Assembly: GCA_963699545.1 (NCBI GenBank)
Contig: CAVOUE010000005.1
Span: forward strand, 352,001 to 416,000
Source: Nitrospirota bacterium
GTDB taxonomy: Bacteria; Nitrospirota; Thermodesulfovibrionia; Thermodesulfovibrionales; UBA9159
Direction: 5' to 3'
Length of the DNA: 64,000 nt
Made by a program: the position numbers and the translations under genes
Notes under the pieces: generated by a model
What the model was told of the DNA's origin: nothing
Database searches by the model: none
The model's input: the letters and a program-made list of their open reading frames with translations, nothing else
In this document: piece by piece, positions 55,186 through 63,236 of the stretch
Numbering within the stretch: position 1 is the stretch's first letter
How the letters are laid out: every line of letters begins with the position of its first letter

Positions 55186-56316
55186 TCATTTTTTTTGCAT
55201 CCCTTCCAGCAGTTTAAATGCTCTTTTATAAGACTTCGCTGGATCTATTTTCGGCATAATGCCCGTATCGACAAATCGCTTCAGTTCTAACGAGACGCGA
55301 GTAAATACTTCATCCCAGTTACCATGGCTACCTTGTCGAAAAATCCGCATAGAATCATAAAAACAGGTATCTTCAAAACCAGGTGTCCATATCCAGTCCC
55401 AAATATGCTCAAACGGCAATAATGTCCAAACGGGAACCCCTAATGCACCTGCAAAATGTACTACATTGTTGTCTATGGCAATGATCAGATCAAGGCACGC
55501 TATCTGTGCAGCAAAACTTTCAAAGTCTTTAAGTGAGTCAGCAGGATCGGGCCAGTCATGAACGGTAACGCCGAAGTTGTCTTTGACCTCATTCAATTCA
55601 TCGGGGCGTGCTCCATATTGAAGATTCAACCAATGCACTCCCTGGATGGAAAACAATTTCCCCCACTGACCCAACTCCGTAGATTGCAACCTCCAAATTT
55701 CCCGCATCGGTACCTTGCGCCATGCGATACCAATTTTCAGCCCTTTACCGAGTGACTGAAGACGCTCGCGCCATACCTCGACTCTTTGAACGTCCGGGAT
55801 AAGGTGGCGTGGCGGCCACGGGAAGACATGGATATAAGCCATTCGTAAAAATACGAGATCATAGAACGAGAGAGACAGAATATTGCGAACCTGCCCGGAA
55901 TAATTCGGGTAGAGCGGGGAAGAAAGGAGCTCACATATTCCATCATTATTATTTCCCACTATAAGCAGTTCGGGATATGAACGTTTTAAAAGCCCTATGA
56001 TCCGATTATCATCAACAATGACAACACACAAATTATTTTCTGCGATTAAGGGAATAACGGGGAACCCCAGGATCGTGTCTCCTATTCCGATTTTATAGAC
56101 TGACTTCTTTAAAATGACGAAGACAATTCTATCCTTGATCTTCTCACCGCTTTTTAATGAGTGTATTACTTCAGGGGAAACATATTGTTCTATAAAAGAA
56201 TCAGAGGGACCCTTTATTACTTTATTGAGCCACTCAGCGCCTTTCGCTAATACATCCAGGAAGCTCTCGTTTCCAGGGTTATTCATGATCGAATGCTGTT
56301 TAATAAGCTTCTTCAT
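55186..56316 (-). CDS. Glycosyltransferase family 9-like protein (type usually fused to TPRs)
   Basis: GIGDTI, KIGIAW, LNLQYG, LDLIIAIDNNVVHFAGALGVP, FYDSMRIFRQ. Confidence 0.8.
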   Translation of the reverse strand: MKKLIKQHSIMNNPGNESFLDVLAKGAEWLNKVIKGPSDSFIEQYVSPEVIHSLKSGEKIKDRIVFVILKKSVYKIGIGDTILGFPVIPLIAENNLCVVIVDDNRIIGLLKRSYPELLIVGNNNDGICELLSSPLYPNYSGQVRNILSLSFYDLVFLRMAYIHVFPWPPRHLIPDVQRVEVWRERLQSLGKGLKIGIAWRKVPMREIWRLQSTELGQWGKLFSIQGVHWLNLQYGARPDELNEVKDNFGVTVHDWPDPADSLKDFESFAAQIACLDLIIAIDNNVVHFAGALGVPVWTLLPFEHIWDWIWTPGFEDTCFYDSMRIFRQGSHGNWDEVFTRVSLELKRFVDTGIMPKIDPAKSYKRAFKLLEGMQKK

Positions 56317-56644
56317 ACATTCTCCGCATCTTCACACCCGGACTGTTGAAATGGAAAATGCTATAGTCGCAGCCGCGCCAGAATCGAGTCTGGAAGTATT
56401 TGTCGATAAGCAGGATCATGGTGTCGGCGTCGAAGTCGTGGCTGACAGTGAAATGATCATCAGCACAAAAAAGGGTCCGGCAGAGTCTTGACCAGGTTTC
56501 CGGTCTCGCCTTCCGGTATTCGGGGAGTGCGTACCCTTTACGCTTTTGCAAGAAGTACCGGATAACCTCATCGGCTTCCTCATCGACTTCATACTCTTCA
56601 GAAAATTCTTCGTAAGAGAGAGGGTCTTTCTTTTCAGTAGTCAT
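56300..56644 (-). CDS. Hypothetical protein
   Basis: 114-aa ORF translationally coupled to neighbours. Confidence 0.6.
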   Translation of the reverse strand: MTTEKKDPLSYEEFSEEYEVDEEADEVIRYFLQKRKGYALPEYRKARPETWSRLCRTLFCADDHFTVSHDFDADTMILLIDKYFQTRFWRGCDYSIFHFNSPGVKMRRMYEEAY

Positions 56645-56714
56645 TTTTCACCCTTTAAAAAAAGAGACGCGAATTTTTCGTAAGGAAAATTCCCTTGTAG
56701 TTTTTCTTCTTCTT

Positions 56715-56759
56715 CTTAAGCTTAACCTTCATCTTAACCTTCTACTTAACCTTAACCTT
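56715..56759. repeat. Iteron-like CTTAA(CCTT) repeats
   Basis: CTTAAGCTTAACCTTCATCTTAACCTTCTACTTAACCTTAACCTT. Confidence 0.65.
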
Positions 56760-57141
56760 CACGCCGTCCTTGTCCCGGAGTACTCCTGGACTTGTCCGGG
56801 AATGAGGGGAAAAGATCATCCCCGAGGCGGTCTTCTCTCAAAACTTGATGTCTTTTCCAATTCAGAGAGTGGAGGTATTCAACCCCGTCCACGGTGAACC
56901 ATTTAACAGAGGTTTCCTTTGAAATCTCATCCAGACATTTCTTGATTGTGGAAATATCGAGCCAGGCAATAAGCGGACAGCATTCGCCCTTAATGAAAAA
57001 AGGAGAGCCGTTCATTTTCCCGTGGGAGTTGAAGTGTGGGATAATCAGACAGAAAAGGGAAAGAGCTTTCGGGGAGAGGGCCGCGACTCCGTGAGAGCGA
57101 GCAATTGATTTTCTGATCATCCTGCCAGGTTCAGTTTTCAT
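56752..57141 (-). CDS. Phage-type replication protein, N-terminal domain
   Basis: GRMIRKSI..S, LF..IIPH...GKM, YL...NWKRHQ; followed by iteron-like repeats. Confidence 0.65.
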   Translation of the reverse strand: MKTEPGRMIRKSIARSHGVAALSPKALSLFCLIIPHFNSHGKMNGSPFFIKGECCPLIAWLDISTIKKCLDEISKETSVKWFTVDGVEYLHSLNWKRHQVLREDRLGDDLFPSFPDKSRSTPGQGRREG

Positions 57142-57369
57142 CTATTCCCCTCACCTTTCCGCTTTCTTGCCCATAGCGTCATTTTATAAGTACCCCGGAG
57201 TCCCAAAGGGGACCATTTTGTTGTTCACCCCACGATCCGTCAATAAGCTCGCCTTTACTGACTGTGGCTCCCCTTTTCCTTGCTGCTCCTTTTGCTTGGC
57301 GGCATGGAGGTGCTGAGGAGGTGACAGGACTCCGGGATACACCCTATTTTCCTATTAGTGCACATCCCT

Positions 57370-58479
57370 TTATTTCATGCTGTAGTCGGTGAATGCCTTG
57401 AGTTCTTCGGCGCGTCTTCTCAGTGCCTCGCCTTTCAGCTTGTCGAAATCCCGGACAAAGTTCCGATTATTTAAAATCCACATCCTCAAAAGTTCCTGAC
57501 TGACTTCAGTGCCACGCGTGGTCAAAACCTTAAAGAATTCATTCGCAAGGCCATCGAAAAGTGTCAGTCGCTCAGGGTCAGTGATATCAGCACCCTCACT
57601 TCCTAAAGCCCGGATCTCTGTCAGGTCTGACACGAGTTGATCCCTCGCCTCACGATTCTTCTCCGAGTTGTGAAATGACATTACGATTTTCTTGATGGAC
57701 TGAGGGAGGTGAGAAACTTTACTGAGACCCCTGTCAGAGAACAGTCCTGAGAAAACATCCTTGGCATAGTGCGGTAACACCTGCTTAAAAATGAAGTCAA
57801 AGGATTCTTCAACAGCTTCATATTCCAGGGACCTGGAAAGACAACACATAATCGGCGCGACCCGCCTAAGACCGTTGCAAATAAAAAAGACCCATGCGTC
57901 TGCGCCTCGGGGTTCCACGGCTTTTTCCCGGAGAACTTTGAGCTTATCGTCGTCAACAAGCCCATCAATTGCCCTCCGGATTTCGAGAAGCCGAAGAATA
58001 CAATCGTCAGCACCACTCACATCACTTGCGCTGATGGCCTCGCTAAATTTGCCGATGCCTTTTAGATATGCAACAACCCCGATCACCCCCACGCCGCAAT
58101 AGATGGTAGGAAAAATGACCGCGAAGTCTTCAGGAAAACTCTTCTGGAACTCCTTAAATCGTCCATACGCACTAAACAGCTCCCCCTTTAACGTATGTTC
58201 GTTTATGGGCCGGTAACGCCCCTTTAACTCCGAGACCTGGTTAGGGAACGATACATAAGCCTGGGCAGTCAAGGAAGAGTTGTAGCCCGATTCCAGCTCA
58301 AGAACGACCGCATCGACAATCTGCATGTCCTGGTTGAAACTCGCTTCGTCGTGGAGATACTGATAATTGTTGTTCAGCGCAGCACAGCGCCCCAAGAATA
58401 AAAATTTTGCGTCGTAGAGTGCCACAACGCCCCTGGTATTTTTGCCGAAACCGTATACATCCCTTTCGATACTATCCAT
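57370..58479 (-). CDS. Hypothetical protein
   Basis: 369-aa ORF with AGGAG RBS; no recognisable family. Confidence 0.7.
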   Translation of the reverse strand: MDSIERDVYGFGKNTRGVVALYDAKFLFLGRCAALNNNYQYLHDEASFNQDMQIVDAVVLELESGYNSSLTAQAYVSFPNQVSELKGRYRPINEHTLKGELFSAYGRFKEFQKSFPEDFAVIFPTIYCGVGVIGVVAYLKGIGKFSEAISASDVSGADDCILRLLEIRRAIDGLVDDDKLKVLREKAVEPRGADAWVFFICNGLRRVAPIMCCLSRSLEYEAVEESFDFIFKQVLPHYAKDVFSGLFSDRGLSKVSHLPQSIKKIVMSFHNSEKNREARDQLVSDLTEIRALGSEGADITDPERLTLFDGLANEFFKVLTTRGTEVSQELLRMWILNNRNFVRDFDKLKGEALRRRAEELKAFTDYSMK

Positions 58480-58485
58480 TTTGTT

Positions 58486-58740
58486 TTACTCCTTTGGCAT
58501 TTGCATCAACACAGTGTGCATACGCCTTTTCAAATTTTTCATTTTGTCCACAAAGGTCCTGACATTGACCTCAGCCCCACCGTCAAACCTTCTTTTCGCC
58601 GCAGCGAATCGCTCATTTATTTCAAAGGTAAATACAGCCTTGCCGTTGGTGATGATGATTTCAGCAGGTTCATCGAGGTCCAGTTCAAAATACGAGGCTT
58701 CCGGGATCGAGAGAGTCGAGTAAATCTTTGGAATGGTCAT
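58486..58740 (-). CDS. Hypothetical protein
   Basis: GGAGGT RBS; operonic spacing. Confidence 0.6.
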   Translation of the reverse strand: MTIPKIYSTLSIPEASYFELDLDEPAEIIITNGKAVFTFEINERFAAAKRRFDGGAEVNVRTFVDKMKNLKRRMHTVLMQMPKE

Positions 58741-58822
58741 TGTTTCACCTCCTCTTCTTTCGTCTTCTTGTTTCTTTTTTTTGGCTACCCATCAGTTACA
58801 GATAGCGCAACTCAAAACAAAC

Positions 58823-59209
58823 TTACAAGTTAAACTTTTTCGCGCGCTCGGCTGCGTGGTCCCGGAGTGCCTGATTCCTTTTTTCTGTCTCTTCGTCAAT
58901 GTGCCTAAGAGACTCTTTTACTTCAGCGTCGATGCGTGCCTCCATCTGAGGTGAAAGCTTTCGAGGTCCGAAAATCGATTTGTATTTACGGTCGGTTTCG
59001 AGATCTGCGAATAGTCTTTTTCGGTCTTCACTTGGAAAGACTTTGTGTAATCGGTCCTTCTGGTCTTCATCCAGGCCAACTTTTCCGTTTTCAAACAACG
59101 AAAGGGTCGCCGCATTAATACCAGTGAGGTTTTGCAGGTCCATCAGAGTCAGTCTTTTTGCGGTTCTTAAAATTTTGAGTATCTTCATTTTCGGCTCCTT
59201 GCGTGGCAA
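58823..59209 (-). CDS. XRE-family HTH protein
   Basis: LRTAKRLTLMDLQNLTGINAATLSLFENGK. Confidence 0.82.
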   Translation of the reverse strand: MPRKEPKMKILKILRTAKRLTLMDLQNLTGINAATLSLFENGKVGLDEDQKDRLHKVFPSEDRKRLFADLETDRKYKSIFGPRKLSPQMEARIDAEVKESLRHIDEETEKRNQALRDHAAERAKKFNL

Positions 59210-59309
59210 TTGCTATTAATTATTTATATTAAATCTGATAAACGGGAGAATTGCGAAGTAACGCGCGCAGGTATCCGTTACTTGAATTGTCTTACTGTGT
59301 CAGCAGGGC

Positions 59310-60254
59310 TTACTTTTGGGTTTTCTGAGAGGACTTGCGTGCTGGTAGGAATTCGCTTAGATTGCGTATCGTTCGGGTTTTCTTTATAAGATCGAAAGCC
59401 TTATTAATTTGGTTGGTAATTAAACATTCTTTCTCTTCCCAATAATCATGCCAGGATTTACCATCTTTCCTCGGAGGTGCTTTCTCAAACTGTTTAAAAA
59501 TCTCGTCAAGGATCATGATAATAATTTTTCTCTTTCCTTTGAAGCCCTCCCTTTCGATCTCCTTGTATCTATCATATAATTTGAAATCGAGTTCTATAAT
59601 TTCGAACATCTCTTTGTCCGGGATAAGAGTATCCGCTGAAGTTCTCTTATCAAGAAACATTTCTCCCTTTAAAGTGGGGTTCTTTATGAAAAATCTCTTC
59701 TTCTCAATTTCAACGATTCTTTCTATCTCGTCACGTAAAATCTCCTTGGGCAAGGCTGGGTGATAACTGATATGTGCGGGCAGAGAAGGATCATAATAAG
59801 ATTTGATCAACCTGTTTTCTACTCTCTCGTATGTTTTCACAAGAGAATTATTTCCTAACAACTGCTTTGCCGCATACCGATTTTTTTTGTTTTTGTCATT
59901 GGCTTTTATCGCCTCATTCAGGTCTTTCCATTCAGCATCACTTAATGAATCCTTCGTTGGTTCCTGCGAGGAAGTTAAAATTGCATATTGACTCACCCTC
60001 TTTGTAATACTTCCAAAACGATCTTCATGTTGCTTTACAGTCCACCTTTCTCCTTTTATCAAACACGGCAATAAGGCATCTTTGTCTCTCAATTTCGCGT
60101 AATCCTCTCGGCGCTTTAGAGCCATAACAAACCAATAATGCGCTATATCATGAGGTGCCAAAATATGGCTCCATGAAGGAAAAGAACCTTTTTCGATGCT
60201 CTTGATATATTTCTGAATGGGGGTATCCAAGAGGGGTTCTTTTTTTTGTTTCAT
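59310..60254 (-). CDS. Hypothetical AT-rich protein
   Basis: 314-aa ORF with AAGGAG upstream. Confidence 0.7.
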   Translation of the reverse strand: MKQKKEPLLDTPIQKYIKSIEKGSFPSWSHILAPHDIAHYWFVMALKRREDYAKLRDKDALLPCLIKGERWTVKQHEDRFGSITKRVSQYAILTSSQEPTKDSLSDAEWKDLNEAIKANDKNKKNRYAAKQLLGNNSLVKTYERVENRLIKSYYDPSLPAHISYHPALPKEILRDEIERIVEIEKKRFFIKNPTLKGEMFLDKRTSADTLIPDKEMFEIIELDFKLYDRYKEIEREGFKGKRKIIIMILDEIFKQFEKAPPRKDGKSWHDYWEEKECLITNQINKAFDLIKKTRTIRNLSEFLPARKSSQKTQK

Positions 60255-60302
60255 CTGTCTCGTAGTGTTCTCCTTATTGCTGTTTTTTATTAAAACAACA
60301 TT

Positions 60303-60548
60303 CTAATACCAGGAATAACCTTTGCCCTGCATACAATAAGCTTCGCTATCTACCTGATCCATTAATCTCCTTGCTGCCATAGACTGCGCCTTGCATTGAT
60401 TCAGGTCTTGCCAGACTTCCTGCTGTGTTTTATTGGGATGATGCCAGCCTTGCCCTGTCCAGTACGTCGCACTTCCCCCCTGGATTGCCGGACCACAGGA
60501 TGAAAGAAGTACAGATAAACATACGCATGTAATTGTAATACGTTTCAT
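60303..60548 (-). CDS. Small lipoprotein
   Basis: GGAGG RBS, MKR start, LSSC lipobox, two further Cys. Confidence 0.75.
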   Translation of the reverse strand: MKRITITCVCLSVLLSSCGPAIQGGSATYWTGQGWHHPNKTQQEVWQDLNQCKAQSMAARRLMDQVDSEAYCMQGKGYSWY

Positions 60549-60850
60549 TTTATCCCCTCCTTGAGTCTCCGTGGTCATTTCCACCTGCTCAAAATATACT
60601 CCTGTCCCCCTGCAAAATCAAGGCAGGAGCCCCAGGTTTCCCCGAGGCCCCTTACTTCCGTTCAGTTCTCCCTTTGATCCACCGGAACGAAAGACGGCAT
60701 TCTGTCATACTGATTTTCCAGCACGGAAATCCTGATGTCCGCAATTCCGTATTCAAACGCCATGATCCCGGTGGTATCTATCCTCAAAGAGATCGTGTGA
60801 TAACCGAGATCATGCAGAGCCTGCTCCGGGAGTTCTCCGAGGACACAGTG

Positions 60851-61663
60851 CTATCCTTTTTCTTTTTCACGCTCGGCCCTTCGTGCTGCTTGAACATATT
60901 GTTGGCCCCCGCGCGACGACTCTGGAGATCCCACAATTCCACCGCCGCACAGGGATGGCGCTTTCACGTCTTCCTTCCTGGTGGCTACGTACTCATCGAG
61001 TTTCTGCTTGAGGTTCGGCTTTTCGAGGAAGATATCCCGGACAAGATCACAAGGGTCAAAGGCTTCCACCTGGATTAAGAGAGCATCCCGAATGGATACA
61101 GGGTCTTTCTCCGGGTTTGCGTCCAGCTCTTCAATGAAACGCGTTATGGTCTGTCGAATCTGCTTCTTAAATTCCTCTCTCACTTTTGCCTGAGACTCCA
61201 AAAAACCCCCTTTGATCTCATTGAGCAGTGCCACCATAAGCTCTTTGCCTTCCTCTGCTTCTTGTTCCATCTTCTTCTCACTGCTCTCCATGAGGAGCTT
61301 GTAGAGGGTCATGCGGGCCTGAGATTTAGGGGGGAGCGTTGAGAGCATTTGTCGCCCGTATGTCTTAAGAAAATCAAGCTCCTTCTCTGGCGTCATATTG
61401 GCATTGACGAAATTCTCAAAGTCCATTTCCCCCGGAGCGGTGACAGGCGGCGCGGTAAGCGACTCCTTGTCCGCAGTGTTTATTTTTCTGTTGATCGCGG
61501 GCCGTGAGACGCCCAGGACCACACTTATGTTGCCGTCTGACCATCCCAAGAACGTTTTCAGCCCCCTGAGAAATTCCCGTGGAATGTGTGCTATTGTCCC
61601 GGACGGCTTCACGCCTTTCGCCAGTTCTTTCCACAAGTCGCTCCTGATCCTGCTTTCTTTCAC
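60851..61663 (-). CDS. Hypothetical protein with N-terminal HTH
   Basis: GWSDGNISVVLGVSRPAINRK helix-turn-helix pattern. Confidence 0.65.
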   Translation of the reverse strand: MKESRIRSDLWKELAKGVKPSGTIAHIPREFLRGLKTFLGWSDGNISVVLGVSRPAINRKINTADKESLTAPPVTAPGEMDFENFVNANMTPEKELDFLKTYGRQMLSTLPPKSQARMTLYKLLMESSEKKMEQEAEEGKELMVALLNEIKGGFLESQAKVREEFKKQIRQTITRFIEELDANPEKDPVSIRDALLIQVEAFDPCDLVRDIFLEKPNLKQKLDEYVATRKEDVKAPSLCGGGIVGSPESSRGGQQYVQAARRAEREKEKG

Positions 61664-61908
61664 TGGCGTTCCCCCCGTTCTTTCAATCTTTCTTTCACCG
61701 CTTCCGCAAAATACCGCTTAGCCTTCTCCCTGTCACCCATTGCGCAATAAGCGAATAGCAAAGCTGTGATGTACCCGTGCTCGCCTTTTTCCTCTAATGC
61801 CTTTCTACGCCTCGAACTTTCATCGGGATCCATCCGGTGGCTCATCTCCTCACACGCAAGTGTCCAAAACCCTTCACTTGGGCCTTCTACGTCTGTAATT
61901 TCGTTCAA
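61660..61908 (-). CDS. Hypothetical protein
   Basis: AAGGAG RBS, 4-bp overlap with the next gene. Confidence 0.55.
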   Translation of the reverse strand: MNEITDVEGPSEGFWTLACEEMSHRMDPDESSRRRKALEEKGEHGYITALLFAYCAMGDREKAKRYFAEAVKERLKERGERQ

Positions 61909-61977
61909 AACCGTTCTCCTTTCTGAGCTACAACTGATGTCCGCCTACGGAATAGTTGTATCCGCTTGCGATCTCTA

Positions 61978-62313
61978 TCACGTTGTCTTCGTTTTATAGC
62001 CACCTACCTGCCTCGCTGCTGTGTTGAGATAGGGTTCCAACTTTTCAATGGCTCTCTGGATCGCCTTATCCCATTCAAAACCGTTATACGGGCTTTCATA
62101 GGCCACCACACACAGCTCTTTGAGGATATTTCGGATATCCTCTGCCGGCAAAGGCCCGGTTTCCCCCGGAATAGGGTCACTGTGGGGGCCTGGGGGCTTC
62201 TCAGAAGCGATCTCCCCGGGACAGGTAACATCTGTCGAGCCACAATGCAGACAGGCCGTGGAGCGTTCTGACTGGAAATCAGTGTCACAGTCTGTGCAGT
62301 GCCAGGTCTTCAT
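61978..62313 (-). CDS. Zinc-ribbon protein
   Basis: CTDC...CLHCGS at the N-terminus. Confidence 0.6.
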   Translation of the reverse strand: MKTWHCTDCDTDFQSERSTACLHCGSTDVTCPGEIASEKPPGPHSDPIPGETGPLPAEDIRNILKELCVVAYESPYNGFEWDKAIQRAIEKLEPYLNTAARQVGGYKTKTT

Positions 62314-62315
62314 GA

Positions 62316-62666
62316 TTAATCACACCCTCCGAAAGAAAGGCCAAAGGCTCCCTTCAGGAGTGTACACACCTCGCTGACGGCAAGTTGGACTCCATTGAAA
62401 TCATATCCCTCAAGAGAGCCTTCCTTGTCCTCATCGTTTAAAACCGTCCTTACCGTGGTCAGACGGATCAAGGACTCTTGAATCAAAGTCTCTATCCGGC
62501 TTTTAGTATTCAGGTCATCCCTTGATGTCAAGAATCCCCCTACGGATTCCAGTTCACCGCAAACCATCATGCCGATCTTATCCAACCCGCACTTCTCGAC
62601 AACCTCACGGCATACTTTTAAATCCTCATTCTCCGCCTTCTTTTCTACTGCCTTCAAATTTGCCAT
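62316..62666 (-). CDS. Hypothetical protein (true start MANLK at 62666)
   Basis: AGGAGG RBS before the ATG; the longer ORF-track start runs through attR. Confidence 0.65.
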   Translation of the reverse strand: MANLKAVEKKAENEDLKVCREVVEKCGLDKIGMMVCGELESVGGFLTSRDDLNTKSRIETLIQESLIRLTTVRTVLNDEDKEGSLEGYDFNGVQLAVSEVCTLLKGAFGLSFGGCD

Positions 62667-62842
62667 GTTAAGCCTCCTTTTTTTGTTGACTGTGAAGTTG
62701 TTGTGAAGTAAACATAGGGGTAAACCTTTCCGTGAGCGAGTGTTGAAATTCCTCAGATTGTGGTAAATTGGGAAAGTCTTGAAATAGAAAGAAAAAGAAA
62801 TAGAGGGAACTATACGGAAAAGGTTGACCCCATCTCGCAGCA

Positions 62843-62897
62843 CCTTGACACGGAAGAGGTCGGCGGTTCGAAACCGCCCGGGCCTACCATTTAAGAT
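62843..62897 (+). repeat. attR core (55 bp duplicate of the tRNA-Val 3' half)
   Basis: CCTTGACACGGAAGAGGTCGGCGGTTCGAAACCGCCCGGGCCTACCATTTAAGAT. Confidence 0.95.
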
Positions 62898-63236
62898 GAC
62901 CTTCGTCTGTTGTTTCTCAGCCTGCCTAAGTGTATCACCTGAAACCATGGGTAAGGGACAGTTCTCTTTAGTGGCATGTCTTTTGAGATCTTCCTGAATT
63001 AGTCGCGCAGGGTTCCGTCTGGCTCGTTAGTGACGAATGTTCACACATTATCAAAGTTGCGTTATCCCTAGCACTGACTCCGACAAATGGTATGAATCCT
63101 ACCCGCGGCAATATTGTATTAAATTATGAATGGTTATTGGCAATTTAAGGTAATCTGTTGGTATATTTGCCGGACAGACACTCTTCGAAATAGAGGGTTG
63201 AAAAATGAAATCTTTTGAGCGTACTATTGAGATAGC

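Larger units (their letters stand above)
52341..62897 (-). mobile_element. ~10.5-kb integrative element (phage-satellite-like / cryptic prophage) in tRNA-Val
   Basis: 55-bp direct repeats, tyrosine integrase, Xis-like HTH, XRE regulators, phage-type rep; all genes on the minus strand. Confidence 0.93.

Noticed and set aside
62843-62889. Second tRNA-Val
   Set aside because: Only the 3' half is present (no D-arm or 5' acceptor strand); it is attR
62667-62948. 5' extension of the 210-aa ORF across attR
   Set aside because: Runs antisense through the tRNA duplicate; the RBS supports a start at 62666
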